Origin: an uncultured Chloroflexia bacterium
GTDB taxonomy: Bacteria > Chloroflexota > Anaerolineae > JAAYZQ01
Length of the DNA: 64,000 nt
Assembly: GCA_963700285.1 (NCBI GenBank)
Contig: CAVOXA010000001.1
Location: forward strand, 1,696,001 to 1,760,000
Direction of reading: 5' to 3'
The translations under genes were made by a program, and so were the position numbers. Below the pieces are notes generated by a model. It searched no databases. It was given only the letters and a program-made list of their open reading frames with translations, and was not told where the DNA came from. Position 1 is the stretch's first letter. Each line of letters begins with the position of its first letter. Below are positions 39,654 through 49,392 of the stretch, in pieces.

Positions 39654-40907
39654 TCAAGGGGCTGGGCTCGGCGCGGATGGTGGTTCGGCCAACGGCGTTT
39701 CGGTGGTTATTGCCGTGGGTTCCGCTGTCGGCCGCGGCGTGGGCCGCGGTGTCCAGGTCGATGTGGCTGCCAGGGTGGCCGTGGGCTCCTTGGTGATGGT
39801 TGGCGTCTTTGTGATTGTCGGCGTACTCGTCGCTGTGTCAGTCAGGTTCACCGGCAGCACTGTTCCCTCGGTGCTTGCCGCTGCCGGCACCTCGCTTCCC
39901 GGCGCCATGCCGGGCGCAACCGGCTGATTGGAGAGCAATTGGGGCCAGAGCACCCAGCCTATCAGGGCCAGCAGGGCCAGCAACAGGGCCAGCGTGGCGC
40001 CCACCAGCACCAGGCGCGGCGCATAGCGCCGCCATGCCGACGGTCTCCGTGCGCCCTTACCCGCCCCATCCAGGACGCCCGACGCCACCGGATCGTGCTG
40101 GAGCATGGCCTGGATCAGCTCGCCGGCGGTGCGGAAGCGCGCTTCCGGTGGCTTGGCCAATGCTCGAAGGAGCGCCTGCTCCTGCTCCGGGCTGAGCTTG
40201 GGGTTGGCGTTCCGCGGCGAGGGCGGCGTCATCTCCAGGTGCTGGTTCAGCAGCACGATGTCGTGGTCGCCGCGCACCGGTGGCTTCCCGGCGATCATTT
40301 CGTACAGAACCACCCCCAGGGAATAGATGTCGCTCCAGGGACCCACCGGCCGGTCACCGGCCGCCTGCTCGGGCGAGGCATAGGTGGGCGTGCAGGCCTG
40401 GGTACAGGTGCCCTGGCGCTGGGCAATGCCAAAGTCGGCCAGGCTCGCCCGGCCTTTGCCGCTGATGAGGATGTTCTGCGGTTTTATGTCCAAATGAACC
40501 CAACCCAGGCTGTGGATGGCATCCACAGCCTCGGCCACCGGCTTGAGTAGCTTGGCCGCCGCTGCCGGATCGAACCGGTTTCTGCCTTCCTTGGCCCGCT
40601 GCAGCATGTGCCACAGCGAATCGGCCACATACTCCAGGGCCACAAAGAGGTTTCCCTCCGGCGTGCGGCCCACCTTGTACAACTGCCGGACGTTGGGCGT
40701 CCCCTCCTGGTTCAGGTAGGCCGTCAACCGCGCCTCGGCCTGGAACTTGGCATAGGTTTGCTCATCGCGGCGGTGCAGGACCTTCAGGGCCACGTACCGT
40801 TCCAGCGACTGGTCCCAGGCCTTGTAGACCACCGAATGGCGGCCCCGTCCCAACTCGGCAACGACCTGGTATTGGTCAATGGTGCGTCCGATCAGCGAGT
40901 TGGCCAT
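39654..40907 (-). CDS. Ser/Thr kinase 5 (non-RD: HLD; TM; Thr/Pro tail only)
   Basis: GRGRHS Gly-loop variant, VALK, HLDIKPQN, DFG, short loop to CTPTYASPE. Confidence 0.92.
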   Translation of the reverse strand: MANSLIGRTIDQYQVVAELGRGRHSVVYKAWDQSLERYVALKVLHRRDEQTYAKFQAEARLTAYLNQEGTPNVRQLYKVGRTPEGNLFVALEYVADSLWHMLQRAKEGRNRFDPAAAAKLLKPVAEAVDAIHSLGWVHLDIKPQNILISGKGRASLADFGIAQRQGTCTQACTPTYASPEQAAGDRPVGPWSDIYSLGVVLYEMIAGKPPVRGDHDIVLLNQHLEMTPPSPRNANPKLSPEQEQALLRALAKPPEARFRTAGELIQAMLQHDPVASGVLDGAGKGARRPSAWRRYAPRLVLVGATLALLLALLALIGWVLWPQLLSNQPVAPGMAPGSEVPAAASTEGTVLPVNLTDTATSTPTITKTPTITKEPTATLAATSTWTPRPTPRPTAEPTAITTETPLAEPPSAPSPAP

Positions 40908-40922
40908 GCTCGTCTCTGCTCG

Positions 40923-42515
40923 CTATTCCCTGGCAGCCAGGTACAGGTCGGGGTTCAGGCCCGGCTGCCATGCTCCACGGCTGTGCGTCACGGCGCCGCT
41001 CTCCAGGGTGACCGTGTAATCATACTCGCCCGCGGGGAAATGGATGGTTCGCCTCTGGCCAGCCCTCAGGCTCCAGGGCCGGTCTCCGATCTCCAGCTCC
41101 AGGCTGTAGTCAGTGTCGTTGATGACCACCAGTTCGGCCAGGTTTCCTGTGGCTGTCCCCGGTGAGCTACTCGCGGGCCCGTCGCTGGCCTGCTGTCGAC
41201 CATCCTCTGTTCTGCCTGTGAGCTGAAGGGCGGCCGCAGCGATGACGAGCAGGACCAGCACAATGCCCCCGCCCAGCAGGGCGAGCGCGCAGGAGCGCGG
41301 GTTGGCGCGCAGCCTCCGCCACAGCCCCGAGAGCGGGAATGCCCTGGCTCCCGCTGGCCCTGGCCGCTCGCTGGTGGTATCCACGGCCACGACTGAGACA
41401 AACTTGGGTCCCAGGCGCACCTGATCTCCGGGCCGCAGCGTATAGGGATGGTTCGGGGCCAGCGGCTGGTTGTTGATGAACGTGCGATTGCGACTGCCCA
41501 GGTCCACGATCTGGCACCGCGCTCCCTGGCTCCGGATCTGGGCGTGATATCTGGAGATGAGGGTGTCCGGGATCTGGACCTGGTTATCAGATGCGCGCCC
41601 CAGGCCGACTATGCCAGCCAGCGGATATGCCCGGCCGTCGTTGGCGAGGAGCTTTAGCCTGGATTCGCCGCTCCGCGCCAGCTCGCCTGCAGGCTTGGGC
41701 AGCGCTGCTTGCTCCAGCGCCGCCGCCAACTGGCCCGCCGACCCAAAGCGCTTGCTGGGCCGCTTGGCCATGGCCCGCAGGATGACCTTTTCCACCCCGC
41801 GGGGCAGATCGGGCACCAACTGGCTGGGGGGTGTTGGATCCAACTGTACGTGGCTCTGCAACACCTTGTGCGACGAGGTCGCCTGGAAAGGCACCCGGCC
41901 CACCAGCAGCTCGTAGAGGACCACGCCCAGGGAATAGATGTCGGATCGGTAGTCGACCTGGCGCCCACTCGCCTGTTCGGGTGACATATATTCCGGGGTT
42001 CCGATGCGCACACCCTCTCCGGTGAGGTTCAGGCCCGCCGCGGCCTTGACGATCCCAAAGTCCATCAGCGTCACCCGGCCATCGGGAGCGATCATCACGT
42101 TGCTCGGTTTCACGTCCCGGTGAACCAGCTTGTGCTGATGGGCATAGTCCAGGGCGTCCGCCAGGGCGCGGATGATCTCCACGGACTTTTCCAGGCGGGG
42201 GGCTCCCCGCTGGCCGATCTCCTGCTGCAACGTACGGCCTGGCAGGAACTCCATGACGATATAGTGCGTCCCGCCCTCCTGGTCCACGTCGTAGATGGTC
42301 ACGATGTTGACGTGCTTGAGCTGAGCCGCAGTCTGTGCCTCCCGGTGAAAGCGCTTCACAAACTCATCGTCGGCAGCCAGCTCGTGCTTCAGGACTTTTA
42401 GCGCCACGGTACGCTGCAGGTCCGGGTGGTAGCCCTTGTACACCACCGCCATGCCGCCCTGGCCGAGTTGCTCGACGACCTGGTATTTTCTCAGAGCGCT
42501 GCCCACCAGACTCAA
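40923..42515 (-). CDS. Ser/Thr kinase 6 (kinase-FHA-TM-small extracellular beta domain)
   Basis: GQGGMA, HRDVKPSN, DFG, GTPEYMSPE; FHA LGRASDN...ISRYHA...DLGSRNRT. Confidence 0.94.
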   Translation of the reverse strand: MSLVGSALRKYQVVEQLGQGGMAVVYKGYHPDLQRTVALKVLKHELAADDEFVKRFHREAQTAAQLKHVNIVTIYDVDQEGGTHYIVMEFLPGRTLQQEIGQRGAPRLEKSVEIIRALADALDYAHQHKLVHRDVKPSNVMIAPDGRVTLMDFGIVKAAAGLNLTGEGVRIGTPEYMSPEQASGRQVDYRSDIYSLGVVLYELLVGRVPFQATSSHKVLQSHVQLDPTPPSQLVPDLPRGVEKVILRAMAKRPSKRFGSAGQLAAALEQAALPKPAGELARSGESRLKLLANDGRAYPLAGIVGLGRASDNQVQIPDTLISRYHAQIRSQGARCQIVDLGSRNRTFINNQPLAPNHPYTLRPGDQVRLGPKFVSVVAVDTTSERPGPAGARAFPLSGLWRRLRANPRSCALALLGGGIVLVLLVIAAAALQLTGRTEDGRQQASDGPASSSPGTATGNLAELVVINDTDYSLELEIGDRPWSLRAGQRRTIHFPAGEYDYTVTLESGAVTHSRGAWQPGLNPDLYLAARE

Positions 42516-42712
42516 CGCGGACTGTCCTTTCCCCCTCTATCCGATCGTGGGGTGCACCGTATCCAACGGTTGACATAACATACAGGACTCAGGAGCACAT
42601 AACATGGCACACATCCTCGTGCAACTGCATGGTCTCTGCGGGCCGTGTTCTGGTGTACAACGCCACGGTACAGAGAGGGCAATTGGGCATTGTGACTTGT
42701 ACAGGGGCCTTG

Positions 42713-45700
42713 CTACGGCCCGTACCACCAGGCGCCCTGCGCTGTTCCGGCGTGCATTATACCACAATTCGCCGGGTGGCGCAATGCCTTGACGTTCAGG
42801 TTGCCCAGGCCTCGGTTCACCGGATTCCAGTCTTTCCCCCCATTCGTTGTCGCGTATACGCCGCCGCCGTTGGTCCCGGCGTACAGCGTCTGGCTGTTGG
42901 CTGCGTCGATGACCAGAGCTCGCAGATCGCGGTGGGCCAGGTTCCCGTTGGCCGGGGACCAGTTCGCGCCGCCGTTTGTGCTCTTGTAGACTCCCCCACC
43001 TCCCAGGCCGGCGTATACCGTCTGCCCATTGCCCGGATCGATGGCGATGGCCCAAGGATATCCGTTGCCCGGTTGGCTGGCGAACTGCCACTGGTTGCCG
43101 CCGTTGGTGCTCTTGAAGATGCCCCCCTGCGTGCCGGTGTAGACCACGTTGCGGTTGCGGGGGTCCACGGCCAGGGCGTGGACGTTGCGGTTGCTCAGGC
43201 CGCTGACCACCGGGAACCATGACGTACCGCCATTGGTGCTCTTGTACACGCCGCCGCCCTGACCTGCCGGATGCTCGTGGCCGCCGGTGTACAGTATCTG
43301 GCTGTTGGCAGGATCCGTGGTGAGGCCATACAGCCACAGGCAGCCCAGCCCGTTGTTGATCTGCGCCCAGGAGGCACCGCCGTTGGTGCTCTTGTAGACG
43401 CCCTGGCCCCAGGTGGTGGCATAGATCACCTGGCTGTTGTTGGGATCGATGGTCACTGCCGAGACGAGCGTCGAGCTCGCGGAGCCGCCGTCGGCCTTGG
43501 CGAAGGGTGGGGCGGCGACGCCCGGCGCCTGGGCGGCGAGGACGCTGTTCAGTCCTGAGGACCTCCATGAGTTGCCACCGTCCGTTGACTTGTAGAGGCC
43601 CCGGTCCGTGGCTGCGTACAGGGTGTTGCAGTTGGCTGGGTCCACGGCCAGGCCGTAGACGGCGCGGGCTTGGATGCCCGTGCCGACATGCCACTGGGCT
43701 GCCGGTGGCGCCGCCCCTTGGTGTCTCAAGGCAGTTGGCAGGAAGGCCTTGACTGGACGGAGGCGAGCTGTCGCCCAGCCCTCGTTCCCTGTGCGGTCCG
43801 TCGCCTTACCTACAACTACTGAGACCTGCTCCGCCGACACAGTGAACGGTCCGGAATACACCTTTACTGTTTGGCCAGAATCGGTTGAATAACTGACCTT
43901 TGCCACGCCAGACTGCGTGTCGGTGGCCGTAATCGTGACCTTGACCGCACCTACGTACCACCCATCGGCATCCTTCGTCCCCTCTGGGTCTATGGATATG
44001 GAAGGTGGAACCACATCCTGGCTGCCACCTGGACCCACATCGCCTGTCGGTGGCATTCGAAGATCCAAGGTTCCATTGCCGTCGGTATCCAGTTGCGAGA
44101 TCGGGTGCAGCAGCACTACTACCAGGGTCATAGGTCAGCTTTCCGGAGCCATCTGGGTGTATCGGCGCATCTGCGTACACGACCGTCCGTCTAATCAGGT
44201 CCTCGTCCAGACCCTTCAGATTGCGGATTCGAAGGTCGAAATCCTGAGCGCCATCTGATTCAATCTCCACTGTGTAGATAGAACCTGTGGGCACGCCAAT
44301 GAACATGGCGTCCTCTACTACAAGGTAATCACTGCCAGGGATGCCGAGTTCCAGCCTGCCCTCGTTGTCCAGACCAGTATGTCTTCCTGACTGATCGTAT
44401 ACGTGCAATGCCACGGCCCCAAAGACTGCAATCTGACCGCCGTTTAGCTCAAAGGGCGTATCGGACATTTCGGGAGGGGTAGGCGGTACCGTTGCCCTGT
44501 GTCGAGGCTTGGGGAAATCACTGGGCGAACCTAGATACAGGGCAGGGGTAGACGGATCGGGGCGTTGCGTGCTAGCATAGACGCCAGTTGACGCCGTTGT
44601 GTCAGGTGGACTCGCCAAGAGGAATCCGATATAGTCCGTTACATACGGCGTGTTGATGAGACCCGTGTGGTCTACGTCGGTAGGGGTGTACACGGTGTGC
44701 GCATCGCCCGAGTAGTCAAGACCTCCCGGAACCTGCAGGTCAGCGCTATGCGTCGGTACAGTTCCATCGCCGTTGATCATCTCCATGTCAAGCATGGATT
44801 GCGTCCGACCCGTCCAGTCGAGCCTCTCTAACTCGTGAAGGATGCCAGGCGTATTTAGACCCCCACTGCCAACGATCAGGTGGAAGGTAACATCAAGCGG
44901 CTTGCTGCCCCAATCATCCATAGCCGCGCTGTGGAAACTCTCGGCGTCACCGGCCAGGTAGGCATTGTTCTTGTCCAGGATGACATCGCGTGTCTGTTGC
45001 CTCGTCTGCATCTTACCATTCACGCGATAGTAGCCATCCTTGTAGACTCCAAAGTAACGCTCGGTGGGCAGGATCTGGTACATGGCTGGAAGGTTCTGGG
45101 ACACGGCGCGTACCGTCGGCGGGTGGACGGGACCGACCATGATCCAGAATGTCTCGAACCACCCGGCATCGCCCCAACGCAACACTTTGAGCGCTTTCGG
45201 GGCACCAAGGTAAGGGGTGCCGAGGGAGATGACCTGTTCCACCCTTGCAGCTCGATCCGACTGAGAGGTGACATAATATCGCGCCAGGAGGCCACCCAGG
45301 CTGTGGGCTACGATGTTCACTTGCTGCGCTCCTGTTTCCTTCTGTACTTCCCTGACCTTCGTGTCCAGATCCTCGGCCGTTTTCCCGTAGATCGAGACGC
45401 CAGTCGTAGTCAAAGGTGTACACATTGAAGCCCGCCCGTTTCAGTTCCTCGATCAGAGGGCCGTAGACCTTGATGAACCCACGAAGCTCCCAATCAATGA
45501 TCCCCTTCGCCCGGATGTCGGCACATGGTGATGCCGCTCTCATACCCCATTTGTCCAGTTTCAGGACATTGAGATGCAAATCAAAGGGGAGTGCTAACAG
45601 CGCCGGACTAGGCCAGACTTCATACTCGAAACCCAGACAGGAGTCTTTGTTCCACAAACTGCTGCCAAGCAGGCCTGGGATGATGATCACCGGTGGTCTG

Positions 45701-46257
45701 GTATGAGGCACACCAGAGGCATCAGTACTCAAGTCATCGATGAGCCAATAATTTCCCGTATCATGCAAGATGACATACTTCAACAGTCTTCCAGGGGGTG
45801 CATCCACGCGTAGACGAGCCAATTGCCCGGTCCACAGATTGCCTCCTACCGAAGCTGTGGCCGCTTTGGTGTTGTCCTCGTAGTAGCCGTCCATGGTGAG
45901 TCCTTCCGCACTGCTCACCGACACCTGGAGATAGGTCGCACCCGCTCCAGTAAAGTCGATCCGTCCAGCACCCTGGTTGGGGCCAAGCCAGGCGAAGAAG
46001 TTGCCATTGCTGTAGTAGGCGTCCTGGGGGTAAGGCCCGTGGTACTGGCCCGTGCGCCAGTCTCCATAGAGCCAATCTTGGCCTGCTGTGGTAGTAAACT
46101 GCAGCCCAGGAATGGAGCTTCTGATTGCTTGGCCATCGACACCATTTTCGAAGTCAACAAACCCGTCAGCTCGGGCAGTGGGCACGGTGGACAAACCAGC
46201 GCTCCCAGCATTGACAAGAATGGTCAGGATAAGAGTGATTGCCAGGGATCGTTTCAT
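42713..46257 (-). CDS. Large secreted alpha/beta hydrolase (LCAT/PGAP1-like lipase or acyltransferase) with Ig-like domain, FLPTALR motif and BNR/Asp-box propeller; frameshifts at ~45395 and ~44095
   Basis: ORFs 45013-46257, 43806-45425 and 42713-44131 join up: signal peptide, IIIPGLLGS, YDWRLD, AHSLGG, GTPYLGAP, GDGTVP, then repeated YKSTNGGxxW. Confidence 0.82.
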
Positions 46258-46410
46258 GATACCTCCTGTCTCAGCCCGGTCATAGCGGCGGAGAGCGCAG
46301 CCAGGTGCCCCGCCATCATGAGCAGAAGACCAGTGCTCCGTCGCGAGCAGCCGCTACCTCCGGAGGTTCGCAAGCTGTCGAAGCGGCCCGTACATGGTCT
46401 CTCATGAACC

Positions 46411-47601
46411 TCATCCTCCGGCCTTCGACGCCCTACTTTCGAAACTCCGGCGTCGGGTCCTTCGGTTGTCCGGCTTGTCCTTGCTCTTCTCCGTCCACAG
46501 GAAGAACCGCGTCTCGCTCTTGGGGCTCAGGGCCGGGCCCTCCTTGGTGTCGCCCTGCATGGCGTTCTCTTGCCGTACCGTCACGTCCCACTCAAAGCGC
46601 CCCTGGTCCGCCTGGCCATAGAGCCACTCGGGCACGCGCCACTCCGTTGCCTGCGTCCAGGTGCCCTGGAACTGGGGCTGATCCTGCTGCATGTAGCGCA
46701 GCGAGACGTGATAGTACTCGTTGCCCTGCAGCTCGCCCACAGCTTCCCAGGTGAGCAGGATCATGGCACCCTCGCCGTGAAACGATGCCCCATTCCCGGG
46801 CGCGACCAGCGTTGGCGCCGGGTAGCGCTCCGATCCAGCCACGGCGCCAGGCGTGCCGATGGGGAAGAGCGGGGTCATGATTTTTGTCCAGTCCTGGATG
46901 CCCTGGAGGACGTCCTGCCATTTTACTGTCTGCCCGGCTGCCTGGCCTCCGGCGACTGGCTGCCCGCCTCCCGCAACCTGCCCTCCTGCTGCCGGCTGCC
47001 CCCCGGCTGCTGGCGGTATTGGAGTGGCGAGCGCGGGCACCGTGGCTACCACCGCCTGGGCCGTGGCTGCAAGCTGGCTGCCGGCCGTCGCCACCTGTGG
47101 GGGCAGCGCGATCGCCGGCGCGGGCGTGCTGGCCGCAGCGGCCGTCTTGCCGTCGGCCGCCCCTCCCAGGACAACAACAGCCAGCACGATCAGGGCTAGC
47201 AGCAGCACGGCCGCAAGGCCGCCCAGCGCATAGATCCAGGGCGAGACACCGGCGCCAGCGCGGGGGGCTTCCGCTGCGTATTCGTCTCCGAAAGGCTCTG
47301 CCCTGTCATAGTCCTCTCGGACAGAGAAAGCATGCTGCCCACCCATGGCGATGACGCTGCCAGGATGGATGGGCAAGGCCTGGTGGGCCGGCAGACTCTG
47401 GCCGTCGAGTGTGGTTCCGTTGGTGCTGCCCAGGTCCTCCAATAGATAGTTGTGGCCATCGTACTGGATCGCGGCGTGGTAGCGCGAGACTTGGGACAGG
47501 CTCAACACAATGTCATTGTCTGGACCGCGACCCAGGATGGTGCGCCCAGGGTAGAGCGGTACTTCCCGACCGTCGTAGAGGACCAGTTTCAATCGCTCCA
47601 T
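46411..47601 (-). CDS. FHA-TM-linker-FN3-like extracellular domain protein
   Basis: ILGRGPDN...VSRYHA...DLGSTNGT; C-terminal YPAPTLVAP...LTWEAVGEL...FEWDVTV...ALSPKSETRFFLW. Confidence 0.9.
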   Translation of the reverse strand: MERLKLVLYDGREVPLYPGRTILGRGPDNDIVLSLSQVSRYHAAIQYDGHNYLLEDLGSTNGTTLDGQSLPAHQALPIHPGSVIAMGGQHAFSVREDYDRAEPFGDEYAAEAPRAGAGVSPWIYALGGLAAVLLLALIVLAVVVLGGAADGKTAAAASTPAPAIALPPQVATAGSQLAATAQAVVATVPALATPIPPAAGGQPAAGGQVAGGGQPVAGGQAAGQTVKWQDVLQGIQDWTKIMTPLFPIGTPGAVAGSERYPAPTLVAPGNGASFHGEGAMILLTWEAVGELQGNEYYHVSLRYMQQDQPQFQGTWTQATEWRVPEWLYGQADQGRFEWDVTVRQENAMQGDTKEGPALSPKSETRFFLWTEKSKDKPDNRRTRRRSFESRASKAGG

Positions 47602-47736
47602 TTCTTTCCTCCTCGCCCTGGATTGCTGGCCAGGGCCTTGTATTGCTCGCGGGACATTGGCTGCGCTCGTCCGGCGCAGGTTCGGGCGGGAACGGGGGGC
47701 TTGCTGTAGGTGTCTTCAGCCGGCAACCCGCTCGCT

Positions 47737-48432
47737 CTAAGCCAAGGCAAAGACCAGGAGCACGCCCAGCGTCATCAGCAGGATCACGGTCAGAATGGCC
47801 ATGATAATGGCCAGGGCCCATATTCCCCTTTCGTTCGAGGGACCCCCGGCCGATCCGCTCCTTGTCTGGGGGAAAGGCCGGGCAACGATCGGCTCGGTTG
47901 GTGTCGTACGCTGGACCGGCCTTACCTGCTGTTGCTCCTCTCTCCATTCGGACCCGGCTGGCGCTGTTCCTGGCAGAGGGTGGCCGCAGCGTACGCAGTA
48001 GACTGAGGCCGGGTGGTTGGCAGTGCCACACTGGGCGCAGAATGTCTGGCTGACCATCAGGTACTGGAAGCCCATCGGCGGCGTCCCATCGCCATTGCGC
48101 CAGGACTGGCCCCCGGGTGGCAAGGGGCCCGGTCGCACACAAGTGTCTCGCTGCGCAAGGTAGGTCAGCCGGGCGTCGCCCATGGCGATCACGTCGTTGT
48201 GATGCAAGAGAAGGGGCGCCCGCAGGAGCTGGCCATTTACAAACGTTCCATGGGTGCTGCCCAAATCTTCGATGACGACTTGATCGCCGTTGTGCCAGAC
48301 CCAGGCGTGGCGCCGGGAAGCAAGGCCCGATCGCAACCGCAGATCGTTGTCCCAGCCCCGGCCGATCATCATCTGCCAGCGGACCGGCTCCCAACGGATT
48401 CCACTGCCATCTTGTACGACAAACTCGCCCAT
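47737..48432 (-). CDS. FHA, zinc ribbon, C-terminal TM protein
   Basis: IGRGWDND...ASRRHA...DLGSTHGT; FCAQCG...YCVRCG; GGAGG RBS before ATG 48432. Confidence 0.88.
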   Translation of the reverse strand: MGEFVVQDGSGIRWEPVRWQMMIGRGWDNDLRLRSGLASRRHAWVWHNGDQVVIEDLGSTHGTFVNGQLLRAPLLLHHNDVIAMGDARLTYLAQRDTCVRPGPLPPGGQSWRNGDGTPPMGFQYLMVSQTFCAQCGTANHPASVYCVRCGHPLPGTAPAGSEWREEQQQVRPVQRTTPTEPIVARPFPQTRSGSAGGPSNERGIWALAIIMAILTVILLMTLGVLLVFALA

Positions 48433-48572
48433 TGTCCTTCCCCTCCAACCTGAGCCAACGCCTATGCCGCAGGCGGTCACCCATGCTTCAGGTCGTCGTT
48501 GCCTGCTGCCGTCCGAACAGAGCCCCCAAGACGCGGCTCCTGCACGGCAGCCAGGAAGATGCCAGGGCCGGC

Positions 48573-49115
48573 TCAGTACAGGTGGATCGTGAACACCGTG
48601 TTGCTGACTCTTATCTGTTCGCCGCCGCGCAGGCGTATCTGCGTGATGCGGCGGCCGTTTACATAGGTGCCGTGGGTGCTGTTTGTGTCTACCAGGTACA
48701 GCCCGTCCCTCTGCCATTCCAGGCGCGCGTGTTGCCGGGACGCTTGCGGATCTGGCAGAGTGATGTCGCATCTGCTGCTCCGGCCCAGGGCGATCATCGG
48801 TCGCGCCAGCGGAAACTGTGCGTCCCGCAAGGGTCCGCTGCGGATCAACAGCATGGCAGCCGGCACGCCTGCGGACTGGTACTTTGGTGGCTCGGGCTGG
48901 TGCGTTGGTGGACGGGGTAGCGACGATGGAGTGAAGCTGCGGTAGGCAACCCCGCCCCTTACTGGCTGCCTCAATGGCACTGGTGTTGGTGTCGCCAGCT
49001 TGGTCTTGGGCCGCTGGGCAAAGAGTACCAGCACGAGCAGCCCTGCTACGATGGCCAGCAGCGACATGAAGACCAATAGTACGATTACTGCAATCTCAGA
49101 TTCTGGCATACCCAT
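48573..49115 (-). CDS. N-terminal TM + FHA protein (FhaB-like)
   Basis: Hydrophobic N-terminus; LGRSSRCD...ASRQHA...DTNSTHGT. Confidence 0.88.
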   Translation of the reverse strand: MGMPESEIAVIVLLVFMSLLAIVAGLLVLVLFAQRPKTKLATPTPVPLRQPVRGGVAYRSFTPSSLPRPPTHQPEPPKYQSAGVPAAMLLIRSGPLRDAQFPLARPMIALGRSSRCDITLPDPQASRQHARLEWQRDGLYLVDTNSTHGTYVNGRRITQIRLRGGEQIRVSNTVFTIHLY

Positions 49116-49317
49116 CCTCTCTCAACATTGGCCGCGCACTCCCCCCCACGGGGTATGCTCTCAGTTCTTCCGTCAAGAAACTGCGACTCAGTGGAAAACC
49201 CTTGTCTCCAGACGCAGCGGTTCTCTCCAAAGACGCCCCCGTAGCGAGCAGGATCACGCCGCCCAGGGCCAACGCCAGAAAGGCTAGCCCGAAAACGAGC
49301 AAGATCCGGGTGCGCAC
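49096..49317 (-). CDS. Small membrane or secreted protein (possibly the frameshifted N-terminus of the downstream FHA gene)
   Basis: GAGGAGG RBS, GTG start, signal-peptide-like MRTRILLVFGLAFLALALGG. Confidence 0.5.
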   Translation of the reverse strand: MRTRILLVFGLAFLALALGGVILLATGASLERTAASGDKGFPLSRSFLTEELRAYPVGGSARPMLREDGYARI

Positions 49318-49392
49318 TTGTCCCTCCTCTTCCGATCAGGCGGTTCTCGAGTGGCAGCCCTGGCTTTGGCGCTTCCTGCGATGGGTCTGTCC

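Noticed and set aside
42830-43600. Repeated GCCGTTGGTGCTCTTG DNA units
   Set aside because: They are coding Asp-box (YKSTNGG) repeats, not a non-coding array.
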